Shown: in pieces, positions 26,150-38,727 of the stretch
Layout: each line of letters starts with the position of its first letter
Position numbering within the stretch: the first letter of the stretch is position 1
Position numbers and translations under genes: made by a program
The notes under the pieces: model-generated
Databases searched by the model: none
Told to the model about the DNA's origin: nothing
What the model saw: the letters and a program-made list of their open reading frames with translations, nothing else
Origin: Octopus sinensis
Taxonomy: Eukaryota
Direction of reading: 5' to 3'
Assembly (NCBI RefSeq): GCF_006345805.1
Contig: NC_042998.1
Span: 169,136,001 to 169,200,000 of the forward strand
Length of the DNA: 64,000 bases

Positions 26150-26370
26150 AAAAATTGGCTTCAAATTTTGGCACAAGGCCAGCAATTTCAGGGGAGGTGG
26201 TAAGTTGATTACATCGACCTCAGTACTCAACTGGTACTTATTTCATCAACCCCGAAAGGATGAAAGGCAAAGTTGACCTCGACAGAATTTGAACTCATAA
26301 CGTGAAGACGAACGATTTGCCACAAAGCATTTTACCCGGCTTGCTAACGATGCTTCAAGCTCGCTACCTT
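26150..26370 (-). mobile_element. SINE family A variant
   Basis: caactggtacttatttcatcaaccccgaaaggatgaaaggcaaagttgacctcgacagaatttgaactc. Confidence 0.88.
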
Positions 26371-26564
26371 ATCCAAGCTAAGTATTGGACCTATTAATTG
26401 ACTAACCCTGCTCCTCTAAATTGCTGGCGATGTACCGTAACTAGAAACAGTTATTTTATATTATTCTCGTTGTGACAGCTGATCTGATTAGCAAAGCTGC
26501 CTCATAACCTAATTTCCCGATACAGGACCTACACCGTCTGCAAATGTGACAGCCGGGATTAGTC

Positions 26565-26655
26565 ATAGGCAACTTACGGCTCGCGAGAATTTTTGAATAG
26601 CGTGTCTTACAAAAAAAGTAACCTTGAGTTTATTTTAGTATTGCGGCCCACCTAA
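26565..26655. mobile_element. Possible hAT/Charlie-like non-autonomous end
   Basis: ggcaacttacggctcgcg and tgcggcccac resemble Charlie-type subterminal motifs. No TSD identified. Confidence 0.3.
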
Positions 26656-26944
26656 TAATGATCATTTCCTCATCAAACGTTTCGTGATATCGTGAGAAGT
26701 TTCAGCTGGTTGACGTCCTTTTTAGAAGTTGAATAGCAAAATTGCTCAAACATCGCGCTTTTACAGTTCCATTTCAGATGATTGCAACAACGGTGAAAAA
26801 AGTATCCATATTAATGTATTGACGCATTTGGGTAAGTCTATATCAGTACTATCAGACAATTCCAGAAAAATATTGAAAAAAGTTCAAAACTCTGCAAAAA
26901 TCCGATACAAATTCTTCATGGTTCAAAACGTTGCTTACTTTTTA

Positions 26945-27725
26945 CTCAACCTGATAAATTATGCAAAAATGTAAAATAACACTCACATCTCATTTTAATA
27001 GATATATATATACAAAGATTAAATAGAAATTATTTTCAAATACTAAAGAGTAAATTTATTCAATAAAATCGCCATTGGCTTCAAGCACGGCTTCAAGACG
27101 ACTTCGGAATCTCCTGCGACTCTTCTGCATAGTCTCCTTGCTTAAGTTAGTGAATGCAGTCATAATCCTTGCCTTCAGTTCATCTTTGATGTTACAAGGA
27201 CGTTTGCTGGTCTCTCGCTCAACTGCGCCTCACACATAATAATCAAGGGGGATGCAATGTGAGGAGTTAGGTGACCAGATGATAGGAGTGATGTGGTCGC
27301 AGAAATTGTCTGACAGCCATGACTGGGTTCTCTTGCTTGTGTGGCATGGTGCAGAGCTCTGTTGCCAGACATAGGGTCTTCCAGCAGCCTCCCTCTTCAT
27401 CCAGAGCAGCCCTACCTCCTCCAGGTACTTGATGCACGCCTCAGTGTTGAGTCTGATGCCGTGTGAGAAGATGAATGGAGGAATAGCATCGCCATCACTA
27501 GTGATCACTCCAAACACCATGATGCTGACTAGATGTTTGATTTTTATCCCTCTCGGTACATGTCCCCAGATTGCACTGTCGTCAGATTGATACCCAAACA
27601 CCGAAATGTTCATATTGGATCTTCCAGCACGAATGCCAAGCAGTATAGCATTTCGTTTCCAAATTTCTGGCAGAGTGAATTGCGTAATGGTGCTGTTTTT
27701 CTTACAGACGGTGTCCAACTGACCC
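26945..27725 (-). mobile_element. maT (DD37D) Tc1/mariner element, internally deleted
   Basis: Minus strand: IMVFGVITSDGDAIPPFIF...VWQQSSAPCHTSKRTQSWLSDNF...WSPNSSHCIPLDYYV. There are 37 residues between the second and third catalytic positions. The N-terminus joins directly to the core, so the HTH and first Asp are deleted. Confidence 0.9.
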
Positions 27726-28799
27726 TACGATACAATGCTCGAAATTAACGAGCAATACGTAGTGAATATAAAAAAAGAACAACTTTCAAGAACAATAGTG
27801 GATTAAGAGACGAAAAGGTTGCGGATTTTTTGTTCTTTTATTGAATAACGATTAGCGGAAAAAAGTTCCTTTTATATTCCTCGGTAGGCAACCGGGGTTG
27901 CCGAGTGTGGGAAAAAGAATACAAACGTTACGGAATGGAGTATGGGAAATCCGGGCTACATTTGTTTCTTAGCGAGTGGTACCTCAGAAGTGGTAAAATC
28001 CAAGTGAGGTGTATACCACCGGCTACTCTTCATGCCAAGGATATATTGATTAGATTTAAAGGCTACATTGTCGCAAGGAGGTACATGTTGATGCAGATTC
28101 AATCAGAATGTGTGGAGGTCACAGTATGTGTGGGATATATAAATGACGGAAGAAATGAGTAATAGAAGGGAAGAAAGAAGAGAAAGAAAATACAATAAAA
28201 TATAGAGGAGCGAGAGAAAGAAGGAATTGGACGCGCATTTGAAAAGAGAAATTGGAGAATAGAGGGTGGGGAAATATTTTTGGTCGTGGGGACAAAAGAA
28301 AGTATGTATGAATATAGCAAGGTAGGGTGGGGAGTTTAAGTACGGCGAATGGTTTTTTGATCAAAAGGCGTAAATTGGTACAAGAAATAAAAACGATTGA
28401 AGTGGTGAATGTATATATAGGCGTATGTATTTGTACGATTACGAGTGGAGGGGGTAGAAGGTGGAGGGAGTAGAAATATAAGGCGAGAAGAATATTTTAG
28501 GTAGTATGTAAAAATACGGATAAAAATTGTAATATATACACATATACATAAACTCGTATACAAATATATAATCACATATATACATATACAACACATGCAT
28601 ATATATATATATATATATATAACATTTAAGATCATTTCCGAAAAACGTTTTGAAAACACATAAAGCTCCTATGTTATTATGCCAGCTACAGCCTGGTGTT
28701 GCCAACTGGCAATACCAGTTTTTGTGAGGGTGCGTAAGGTATTTAAGGACATACACTTTTGGGGTCATTGCTGCATTTTTTGCTAACTCTATAATCTTT

Positions 28800-29530
28800 G
28801 TCTCAGAAAATAATAATGGCAGGCCTTCAGCTTACTCAAGAAATGAAGAAGCATACTGTTATTGTGGTTATAAAGGCTGAGCATAGCGATTTAGAAATAT
28901 CTAGATTTTTGAAAGTTGCCAGATCTTTCGTTTATAAAATGTGTAAGGAGCTAGAGACTGAAGATGCAAGCGTTTCACCAGTATCAAAGCACAAAAAGCA
29001 TTCTAAACGCTCTGTAATCATCAGAAGACCGTAATTTATCCAACAAGTTTAACAGACCATTGATTACAATTCCAGAAATTCCATGAGATCAATTGCAAAA
29101 GATCTCTATGTATCAGAAGTAACAGTCAGAAATGTTGTCCACGAAGACATCAGATACAAGTCTTATATGATGAGGAAAGGTCTACATCAGATCTAAAAGG
29201 ATCTTAAAGAAGCTGAAAAATCCAGCAGAAGATTTGATTTGGTTTTTCTCAAACGAGAAAAACTTCGACCAAGATCAAAAAGTTATCAGAAGAAACGACA
29301 GATCATTATGTGCAGACTCTTCTGCAGTTCCAAGTGTTATGCATACGAAATTTCCAGCAACTGTCATGGCTTCAAGGGTTGTCAGCAATGAAGGACATGT
29401 GATGCCTCCTTACTTCTTTCCACAAGGCCTTAGAGTTAATTCTGCCGCCTACATTGAGGTCCTGGAAATAATTAAGTAGTCTTGGATAGACAGTGTATGC
29501 AATAGAAGTCCATATGTGTTTCAGTAAGAC
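28800..29530 (+). mobile_element. maT (DD37D-type) transposase fragment, second subfamily
   Basis: EMKKHTVIV...ISRFLKVARSFVYK...SMRSIAKDL...HEDIRYKSYMMRKG...WFFSNEKNFDQDQK...HTKFPATVM...VVSNEGHVMPPYFFPQGLRVN...YVFQ*D. Confidence 0.88.
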
Positions 29531-29877
29531 ACTGCTCTATCACACCACATCACACCACCCTGCACACACTAGCACTGCCAACTTCCTAGCACCCACACGG
29601 GCGCACACACTAGCACTGACCACTTCCCATCACCTTCACCATCATCCACACACCTACACATGCACACACGTCAAGGTCACCATCCCACTTCCACACGCAC
29701 ATACACGCTCTCACATACTCACGCAGTTGCACCTTCGTTTTGGGATCAACACTACTTTATTATCTCCCCTCCTTCCTAGCGCTCCTATGTGACCCCTGTG
29801 TCCGGCATTCGCTATGATGGATCGCTAGCCATTAAACCTTTTTCATTTTTTCTCCCTGTTTATTTCAGTGTTCCTGT

Positions 29878-29905
29878 CTGTCGAAGAGCGTAGGCTCGAA
29901 ACGTA
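29878..29905 (+). ncRNA. Minimal hammerhead-like motif (family HH-E) in a Penelope-like terminal repeat
   Basis: CTGTCGA a gagc-gtag-gctc GAAAC G TA, with palindromic acgt stem III. The core has an A-to-T change. Confidence 0.4.
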
Positions 29906-30045
29906 AAAGACTTTTTCACTTCCCGAGCATTAAACTGATACATCTGTTTGTTGATTACACACCCATCTTCGTCTTTTGTTTTCTTGTAAATTCTCACTAT
30001 GTGTGTGTGTGCATGTGCGTGTATGTGTGTGTGTGTTATGCGTAT

Positions 30046-30103
30046 ATTCCACTGATGAGGCAAAGCATTTCTTACGCAGGGTCAGAAATCCGGGATCTGG
30101 AAT
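30046..30103 (+). ncRNA. Type I hammerhead ribozyme candidate HH-B
   Basis: attcca CTGATGA ggc...gtca GAAA tccggga TC tggaat. Stem I is 6 bp, stem III is atcc-g-ggat and the site is AUC. Stem II is weak. Confidence 0.55.
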
Positions 30104-30435
30104 TATCCAGTAATTTTTTTGCTAGTTTATTTTGTCTTTTTGTCTTCTCTCCTGGTGCTGTATGAACTTTTAATGTGGTTTTAGAGTCAAGTTTTGGCTG
30201 CTATTTCAAGCGTGGTTTAACTCTTAGATACCCTAAATTATAATTTTAATAATAATTATTACCTTTGTAGGTTTTTTATCCCCATTGCTGGCCACTTGAT
30301 AAGTTCGATATTTAAATAACGATCTTATACTTATTTATATAAATGTGTATATATATATATATATAAATATTTATATATATATATATATATTTGTTTTCTA
30401 AGATTTTTGATGTGAAATCGTGTGTTGAAACAGAT

Positions 30436-30690
30436 GTTGTTGTATTTACGAATGGTCATGTTGCTAGTTTAGCCAAAATGGCTGACCGTTAGTAAGGAGA
30501 GACACACAAATAAGAAGGAAGAAAGCAAGGGACCACTGATGAGGTCACAGAAGTGTGCCGAGAAAACTCTGGCCGAAATAAGATTAAGATTAATGTAAAT
30601 AAATAAAGCTGAAGCACATTAACATCAAATATATAGTGCGTGTGTTTTATTGGCTAAACTGGCAACATGACCATTCCTAAATACAACAAC
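30436..30690 (+). mobile_element. 255-bp element with 41-bp terminal inverted repeats enclosing hammerhead candidate HH-C
   Basis: TIRs at 30436-30476 and 30650-30690 (2 mismatches). Internal: acca CTGATGA ggtca...tggcc GAAA ta...ta TA tagt (30532-30637). Confidence 0.65.
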
Positions 30691-30699
30691 ATATATATA

Positions 30700-30785
30700 T
30701 AAGTACTGGGGTCGATTTGTTCGACTAAAGGCGGTGCTCTAGCATGGCTGCAGTCAAATGAATGAAACAAAATAAAAAGAAAAAC
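30700..30785 (+). mobile_element. SINE family B tail fragment
   Basis: aagtactggggtcgatttgttcgactaaaggcggtgctctagcatggctgcagtcaaatg. Confidence 0.8.
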
Positions 30786-30895
30786 AAAATATGTTCAGTA
30801 AAAATTTAGATTCAGATGAATATGGTACTTAAGTTGAGGCACCAGAATTTAGTATGGTATTCTCCATACAATTTAAAATACCAACCCTTATTTTG

Positions 30896-30968
<73 letters not shown>

Positions 30969-31008
30969 ATTCGAGACAAAACCACTATTTTAAAACCAAA
31001 ATATATAT

Positions 31009-31058
<50 letters not shown>

Positions 31059-31156
31059 GTGACAAATACACGGTAGCCAAGATAAATTACAGATAAATTC
31101 CACTATTTACATAATATTGAGGTCTCTTTTTTTCTTTTGTTATCTTACCGTTTTTA

Positions 31157-31221
<65 letters not shown>

Positions 31222-32019
31222 TAAAGAGATATACATACATACAAACATATGTGTATACCGTCGTTTTTTTGTTTATCTGTAGCATCATTTTTGTGTTTTA
31301 GTGTAGTCTGCATACTTATTAACTGCGACCAATTGAAAGGTTTTAACATTGCATTACTTCTCTGACTCCACCTACTACCAATGCGTTACGTCTTTCAGGT
31401 ATGTCTGCGATTTCACATTTGCCCTATTTCATAACATTCCATTGAGCTAACATTGTAAGTAATAAGATACCTAATTTATTTATCATTGCTGATGGTAATT
31501 CTGATCATTCAGCGCAGTTTTACCTGCTGGGTTTGTGTAGGTGTGCATAACAATGCTGGCTGCTTAAAAGAATTTTTCTTCTATTTACTTAAATGATAAA
31601 AACTTTTGCAAGTCACAAGCAACACTTTTTCGAGACCATCAATTGTTCCTCAACAACAAGAATGGGAAGCCTGTAGTGGCTTGCTAAAAGACGTTGATAA
31701 TTACAAACGAGCAATCACTGAATTTCAGTATTGTCACGTGGCCTAGTTTCTTTTTGTGCTGTCTTCCTTAGTATTTGGCTGCAAAAAAGGTCTATGTTAA
31801 AGGGCAGCACTTTATCTATGCAAAATTGAGCGTATAACTTACCCCAGGCATTAAGAATCAAGATACCATACATACATTCATATGTACATACATGCACACA
31901 TCCATCCATCTATACATACATACATGATGTATTTATGCATATATATAAGTAATGTATGTATACATATATATATATGTATACTTCATTGTACTCCTTGTTC
32001 TGTTAAATGTGTGTGTGTG

Positions 32020-32051
<32 letters not shown>

Positions 32052-32212
32052 TGTATGTATGTATGTATGTATGTATGTATGTATGTATGTATGTGTGTGT
32101 GTATGTGTGTATATATGTATGTATGGATGGATGGATGGATGGATGGATGGATGAATGTATGTATGTTCACATATGTGTATGTATACGTATATACATATAT
32201 GTATGTATATAT

Positions 32213-33420
32213 ACAGAGTGTTGTGAATAAATTGTCGTCTAAATTACGCAAAAATGAAAATAATGCTCACATCTCATTTTAAGATATATTCACCAAAATT
32301 ACATAAAAATATCTTGAAATACTAAAGAGTCAATTTATTCAATAAAATTGCCATTGGCTTCAACCACGGCCTCAAGACGTCTTTGGAATATCCTACAACT
32401 CTTCTGGAGTTAAGTTGATGATTGCTGCCATAATCCTTGCCTTCAGTTCATCTTTGGTTTCAGAAGGAGTTTTGCTGGTCTCTCACTCAACTGCGCCTCA
32501 CACAATAATCAATGGGGTTGCAGTATAGGGAGTTAGGTGGCCAGATGTTAGGGGTGGTGTGGTCGCAGAAATTGTCTAACAGTCATGGTTGGGTTCTCTT
32601 GCTTGTGTAGTATGGTGCAGAATCCTGTTGCCAGACTTAAGATCTTCCAGCAGCCACTCTCTAGGCCAAGGGTAGCCGTACCTCTTCCAGACACTTGATT
32701 TAGGCCTCAGTGTTAAGTCTGATGCCGTGTGGGAAGATGAATGGAGGCATAACGTCGCCGTAACTAGTTATCGCTCAAAACACCATTATGCTGACTAGAT
32801 GTTTGATTTTTATCATTCTCGGTACATGTTTTGGGGACACGGCAAGCCAATGATTGTTCTGAGAATTCATCATCTGATCCTGGCAGAAACTTTTCTCGTC
32901 TGAGAATAACCAAAGCATGTTCGGTTGGAGGGGATGCTTGAGTTTGTTCAAAAGCTTCGTAGCGCGATCTTTCCTCTTGTCCTTGATGGCTATTGATAAA
33001 AATTGGCCCTTTCTCATCTTGTATGAAGAATACCGAATGTCTTCATGCCCTACCTGCCTGATAAGAAACTCAGACACTGCCATGTCTCTGACGATGGACC
33101 CGACGGACTTAGAGGGATCGTTGTCAATCATGGCAAGGATCTTACCAACAAACTGAGGAGTTCTGTTCTTAGATCGATCAGAGTGAATTTTCCGAGCTGC
33201 CGCACCTTCGTAATCACCATTAGACTCATCCAATTGTTTCCGAATCCTCTTCACTGTTGTCAGATTTACACCCAAGCACTCTGAAATGTTTGTATTGGAG
33301 CTTCAGTTTCAACACACGGTCTCAAATCAAGTCACTTGTTGCGTAAGTATATCTCCAAAATATATGTGGAAGATTCTCGAAAGTTTTGTTCTGAACTTTG
33401 GCATTCAAAAGAAACAACTC
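32213..33420 (-). mobile_element. maT (DD37D) element, near full length, decayed
   Basis: Minus ORF 32775-33275 has WLFSDEK, then WQQDSAP...NIWPPNSLYCNPIDYCV. The 3' UTR is homologous to 26945-27100. Confidence 0.92.
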
Positions 33421-34369
33421 ATAAAGAATGGAACGGTTTTGTTAGATCTTATTCCCCTTACTTCGTATTCTCGAAGTAGGAAAGAACCTATACAGCAACA
33501 GTGCGCAATTTAAAAGTCCCCTGTTGTACAACCACTTCCAAAATGATTGCGAAATATAACCAAGGTTTCCCAACATTTATTTCTAGTCACCTGCAAAATG
33601 TTACAAACAAAATCAAAGCAGGCTCAACCAACTCGTTGATCCACACCTAGAGATTCCATGTACGCCACTAAAAACTTTCCCCATCAGACCAGTGTATATA
33701 CGGAGTGGCAACAAAAATAACATAGTCTCTAAAATCAGTGCTTTAACGTGACTTGGAATAGTAATGACTAAAACAATAAATAAACTAAATATTGCCTATA
33801 CTTGTATGTGCATTCGAGCATGCCATAGACTATATGAATCCGTTTTGACTTATGTGTACATAGGTCTCTAAGTGTGTATGCGTACATATTATAGCCTAAA
33901 ATACGACAATGCTTTACTTTTACAATTTAATTAATAACCTGAAATTGTAATTTTCCAATTAGCTGTATCATATCTGGCTTTGTAAAGCCAAGCTTTTCAT
34001 GATTGTAAGCTGATGCAGTTCTTACCCAATAATTACAGAAATGAAATTTCAAGTTGTGATCCACCTGTTATATCTACATTTTTATCATTTATTCGCCATA
34101 ACTTTTTCATGTCATTTTCCTTTTAACGTAGTTAACGAATGCTGAACAGTTGAGTACTAACTACTGCACTTATTCTCATGCTTCCTTTTCTAACACAAAT
34201 AATTAATCATGTCTAGTCCGCTGTGTTTACATTTTACAGAGGTTTTACTGGGTACGTTACATCAGTATTCCTTCTTATATTATGTATCTTAATAACTATC
34301 CTTTCTACGAATTGTAAATATAGTGTTTGAAACTCAGCATTAAGCTAGGCAGATAGTATCATAATACCT

Positions 34370-34600
34370 ATTTCTTTACTACCCACAAGGGGCTAAACAT
34401 AGAGGGGACAAACAAGGACAGACAAACGGATTAAGTCGATTATATCGACCCCAGTGTGTAACTGGTACTTACTTAATCGACCCCGAAAGGATGAAAGGCA
34501 AAGTCGACCTCGGCGGAATTTGAACTCAGAACGTAGCGGCAGACGAAATACGGCTACGCATTTCGCCCGGCGTGCTAACGTTTCCGCCAGCTCACCGCCT
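34370..34600 (-). mobile_element. Young full-length SINE family A
   Basis: Near-identical reverse complement of 21585-21822. Confidence 0.95.
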
Positions 34601-35343
34601 TCATAATTGGAGCTTACGGTGTAGTATCATAATGCCATTTTCGGAAAGCTGCATATGATGTGGGTTACATCATTGGTATTAATTCCACAGAAGTATACAT
34701 TAGATGTTACATCAGTGTCTACCTTCATCCTTTTCCTTTTTATGTACTAAATATTTTATCGTTATTTCCAATTCTTCAATTTTAAAAGTTTTTTTTTTTT
34801 CGAAACGTATGTATAAATGCATGCTTGTACGTATGTTGGTGATAGTCTGAACAGATATATTTGTATGCAATACCATATGTCGTGATTATGCAATGCATTA
34901 AATTGCGAAGAGACATTTAACTGAAAAGAGCTGCAGTAAAAGCCGCAGATCATTATCCGGGCTAAAATCTCTTCTTTGCTCGGCAGCTCATTAATAAGAG
35001 ATATTCGTCATTGAGCTTCCATCATATTATGTACGTATGTATGTACGTATATATGTATGTATGTATATATTTATGCATGTATGTATTTATGTATGTATGT
35101 ATGTATAATGTAAGTTGTCAATAAGCAGATATTCAGTTCGTCTAGGAAAACTCTCGTTTCATTCATATCTGTAGTACATCAAGATATACCCAGCAACATA
35201 CTAGTGTCTGTCAAATCTAATCGCAATAAATGAAATATGGCACAAGCAACTCACTTGACAGACGTACTTGATGCAGCACACACACACACACGCGCGCACA
35301 CACACACGCACACACACACACACACATGCACACACACACCCAC

Positions 35344-35402
<59 letters not shown>

Positions 35403-36694
35403 CTTGGAAGAGGATGCGTGGTGTTCGATCATATAATGATATAAATAATATATAAATATATGCATATATACATACATATAGGTACATACCTACATCTATA
35501 TGTATATATACATGCATATATGGGTACAGGACATCAAAAAACGTTGAACACAATGAGAAACGAAAACATAAAAACACATACATGGAAACGAACTTTTTTT
35601 TCAAACGAAAAACAGAGTACAAGACATACAACACAAGGAATATTCCCCTTCTTCAGTTGTCCCTGTTTCGTCTACTCCGCGTTTCGAAGGTAATACACAC
35701 AAACACACACAGCACATACACACACACATACACATATACACACATACACACACACATATTCACATATACACACATAAGTGCAATGCGCAAACAAATACAT
35801 GTGCACACACAGTCCAACAAGTGATGCAGCTGCTCGAGCTGTTAAGAGGAGCAACCGAATCGTTCTCGCATGACCGTCTTAAGAGCAAAATGGCAGTAAA
35901 CTGAAATAACCCTGAATATGCAAAAAGACAGGATTATCAAGGTCTACATGATCAAGTTTAATCAAGGCTTAAACAACAATGCTAACATAAACACACACAT
36001 ACTATTTCTCTCACTTATATTCATTACAGTCTCTTACCCACCTTCCCTCTCTCTCTCTCTCTCTCTCTCTTTTATCCATACGCTTATCAGTCTATAATTG
36101 TGAAAGCCGTTAATGTGATGTACATTGTCCTTCTCAAAAATTCTTGATACTTAACGACCCAGTCAATCTAAATATAAGTACGTGTATTTATAAGTATTGG
36201 CAGAGCTTATTGCCTCCAGTCTTAGATGTGCTGTATAACTGACAAATGTTTTGTCAGCATACATTGGTTATCACGGCTCTTTCTACGAAACCAATAGTAA
36301 GAAACATCATTGCTTTATTGTTTCTTTTTTTTCCGTAGCTTCAATAACTAGATGAGAGCGAATAATCGACGTTCTGCTAGGCGAAACTACATTTCTATCA
36401 ATATTTCATTGTCTGGTTTATGTTTTTGGTGGAGCCAGTTTTAGGTATAGGCTAAATAAATTACGGTTTAGGCTCACACAGTATGAATGGGTTTCTCAAA
36501 CTTTTGGATATTTTTTTGTTATTTTTGTGAGTTTTTCTTCTTGCATTTGTTAGTATTTTATTATTTGTATTTAAATAAGGGACATAACCCAGTTAACCTA
36601 ACTATCAATACTTCACGTTAACAAATTATACTCAATATACATTTACACAAATTTGTAAGGATTCATTATTCTATAATTATATCTTTCATCTTTT

Positions 36695-36898
36695 AATTTT
36701 TACTTGTTTCAGTCATTTGACAGCCATCATACTGGGGCATGCCTTGAAGAGTTTTAGTTGAACAAATCGATCACAGGACTATTTTCTTTTCAAGTCTTGT
36801 ACTTATCCTATCGGTTTCTTTTGCCGAACCGCTAAGTTCGGGGACGTAAGCATACCAACACCGGTTGTCAATCGGTGATGACATAAAGACACACGTAT

Positions 36899-36960
<62 letters not shown>

Positions 36961-37219
36961 ATAAAGGATGCTTACAGTACCTAGGTTTCCAAGCGGTCAC
37001 CCATCTAAGTACAAACAAGTCTCGATGTTGCTTAACTTCGGTGATCGGACGAGAACCGGTGCTTTCAACGTGATATGGCCGACGGACCTCTTTCAGTTTC
37101 CCTCTAACAAATCCACTCACAAGGCTTAAGTTGGCCCGAGGCTATAGTAGAAGGCACTTGCCCAAGATGCCACGCAGTGGGACTGAACCTGAAACCATGA
37201 GGTTAGGAGGCAAGCGCCT
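36695..37219 (-). mobile_element. CORE-type SINE family B carrying an internal 5S rRNA insertion
   Basis: Head and CORE lie at 37088-37219 (gtggcatcttgggcaagtgccttctactatagcc), the tail at 36695-36895, (TA)n at 36897-36963, and the 5S copy between the head and the (TA)n. Confidence 0.88.
36968..37087 (-). pseudogene. 5S rRNA pseudogene, near full length
   Basis: Minus strand: cggccatatcacgttgaaagcaccggttctcgtccgatcaccgaagttaagcaacatcgagacttgtttgtacttagatgggtgaccgcttggaaacctaggtactgtaagcat. This matches metazoan 5S including box A and box C. Confidence 0.95.
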
Positions 37220-38174
37220 AATTCTTATTCGATGTAATAATACTGGTTTCTTGTACATTATGTATATATTAGATTTCTTGTACATTAGGTATATAATATT
37301 TTTATCTTCGTAAAAGGGAAAATTTGTTCTTATGTGACGTACACAACGCCGACTAGTATACTTTCGTTCGAATCAGCCAGAACATATTATGAACAAGTAT
37401 GTAAATCATCGTTTACCTTTTTTTATGAGGCTTTATATCTTGTAGTATTTACCAGTTTTATGCTTTATCACTAGTATCCTATCCGAATCGTTATCTGTCA
37501 ATCTAATAGTCAGTCATTTTATCAATACTATTTTATTTTATGCTGATTACAGGTTTACGAGGTCATTTCACTCCTAAATCTTAAGTACGTTCAGTTGACT
37601 CAATAGAAGTCAGTTTTAATTGTACTTTCTTACTAGACTTCAAACTAAATAATTATAAGTATACTTTTAAAGTCCTGAAGGAGCAATTCTTCCTCAATCC
37701 TGTTCACTGCATGGTTATACACTTTCACAGCATTCTTGCGAAGTTTAGTTATTCAACAACCTAATTTTGTTTTACTAAATAAGGCTATTGCTGGACTCCA
37801 TATCAAAAGGCTCCACTATGCATAAATCTGGACGTGGTTTTTTGTACACCACTACAAGCTTTACCACCGTATTGAGCATATTTAACCTTCAAGAAATTAT
37901 GTACCATTGTTTTTGGTCCAGGTTGAGATGGAGGCTTATTCGCGTTCCGAGATTCATGAAGAACGAAATCATTCAAATCACCAATGTACAAGGAATAGAT
38001 CAAATTGATGATACATTTTTTTTTTAATTTATCGTATTGTGTCAATATAATAAAGCATTATGGACTCTTGTATTTCAAAATATTTGTATCAAATACACAG
38101 ATAAATACACAAAAATACACACACATGTATGTATGTATGTATGTATGTATGTATGCATGCATGCATGCAACGCA

Positions 38175-38500
38175 GTACAACCTGTCGCTCGGTTGGGCCG
38201 TCAATTACTAAACCAGTAACTCTACTAAGTCTACTTTAGTAAGGAAGATGGTTTGGAGGGTGCGGAAACCCTGCAGGATGAAAAACAAAATCTGTCAAAG
38301 CGCTGATGAACTTTGCTGAGTCACTAGCCATCCATCAACAACTCAGTAAGTAGGAGTGAAGATCCCCGAGCTCTGGAAGGATAGTGATGTGTGCAGGCCT
38401 AACCAGTGAGAAGAGTCAACTTCAAGTTAAACACCTTTGAAACTTTGATCTAGGAACACCTTATCCAAGCAAAGACCTGATCAATCCAGTGCAAGTTACA
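38175..38500 (+). mobile_element. Possible LINE (RTE-like) 5' UTR fragment
   Basis: aaccctgcaggatgaaaaacaaaatctgtcaaag style; resemblance only. Confidence 0.3.
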
Positions 38501-38589
38501 ACTTTTGTTTGACATCTACGCTTAAAACCATACAGCCTTGCAGCGCGACTCTAATTCCCTTTTACTCGCCTTCACCGTTTTATATTTGC

Positions 38590-38591
38590 CT

Positions 38592-38632
<41 letters not shown>

Positions 38633-38651
38633 CTCTCTCCTCTCTCTCTCT

Positions 38652-38725
<74 letters not shown>
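38590..38725. repeat. (CT)n microsatellite
   Basis: Direct reading. Confidence 0.98.

Positions 38726-38727
<2 letters not shown>

Noticed and set aside
36968-37087. Functional 5S rRNA gene
   Set aside because: It is a single copy embedded in a SINE, with a replaced 5' end, several helix-disrupting substitutions and no tandem array.
38302-38365. CTGATGA followed by a 9-bp hairpin
   Set aside because: There is no GAAA or stem III after the hairpin, so it is not a hammerhead.
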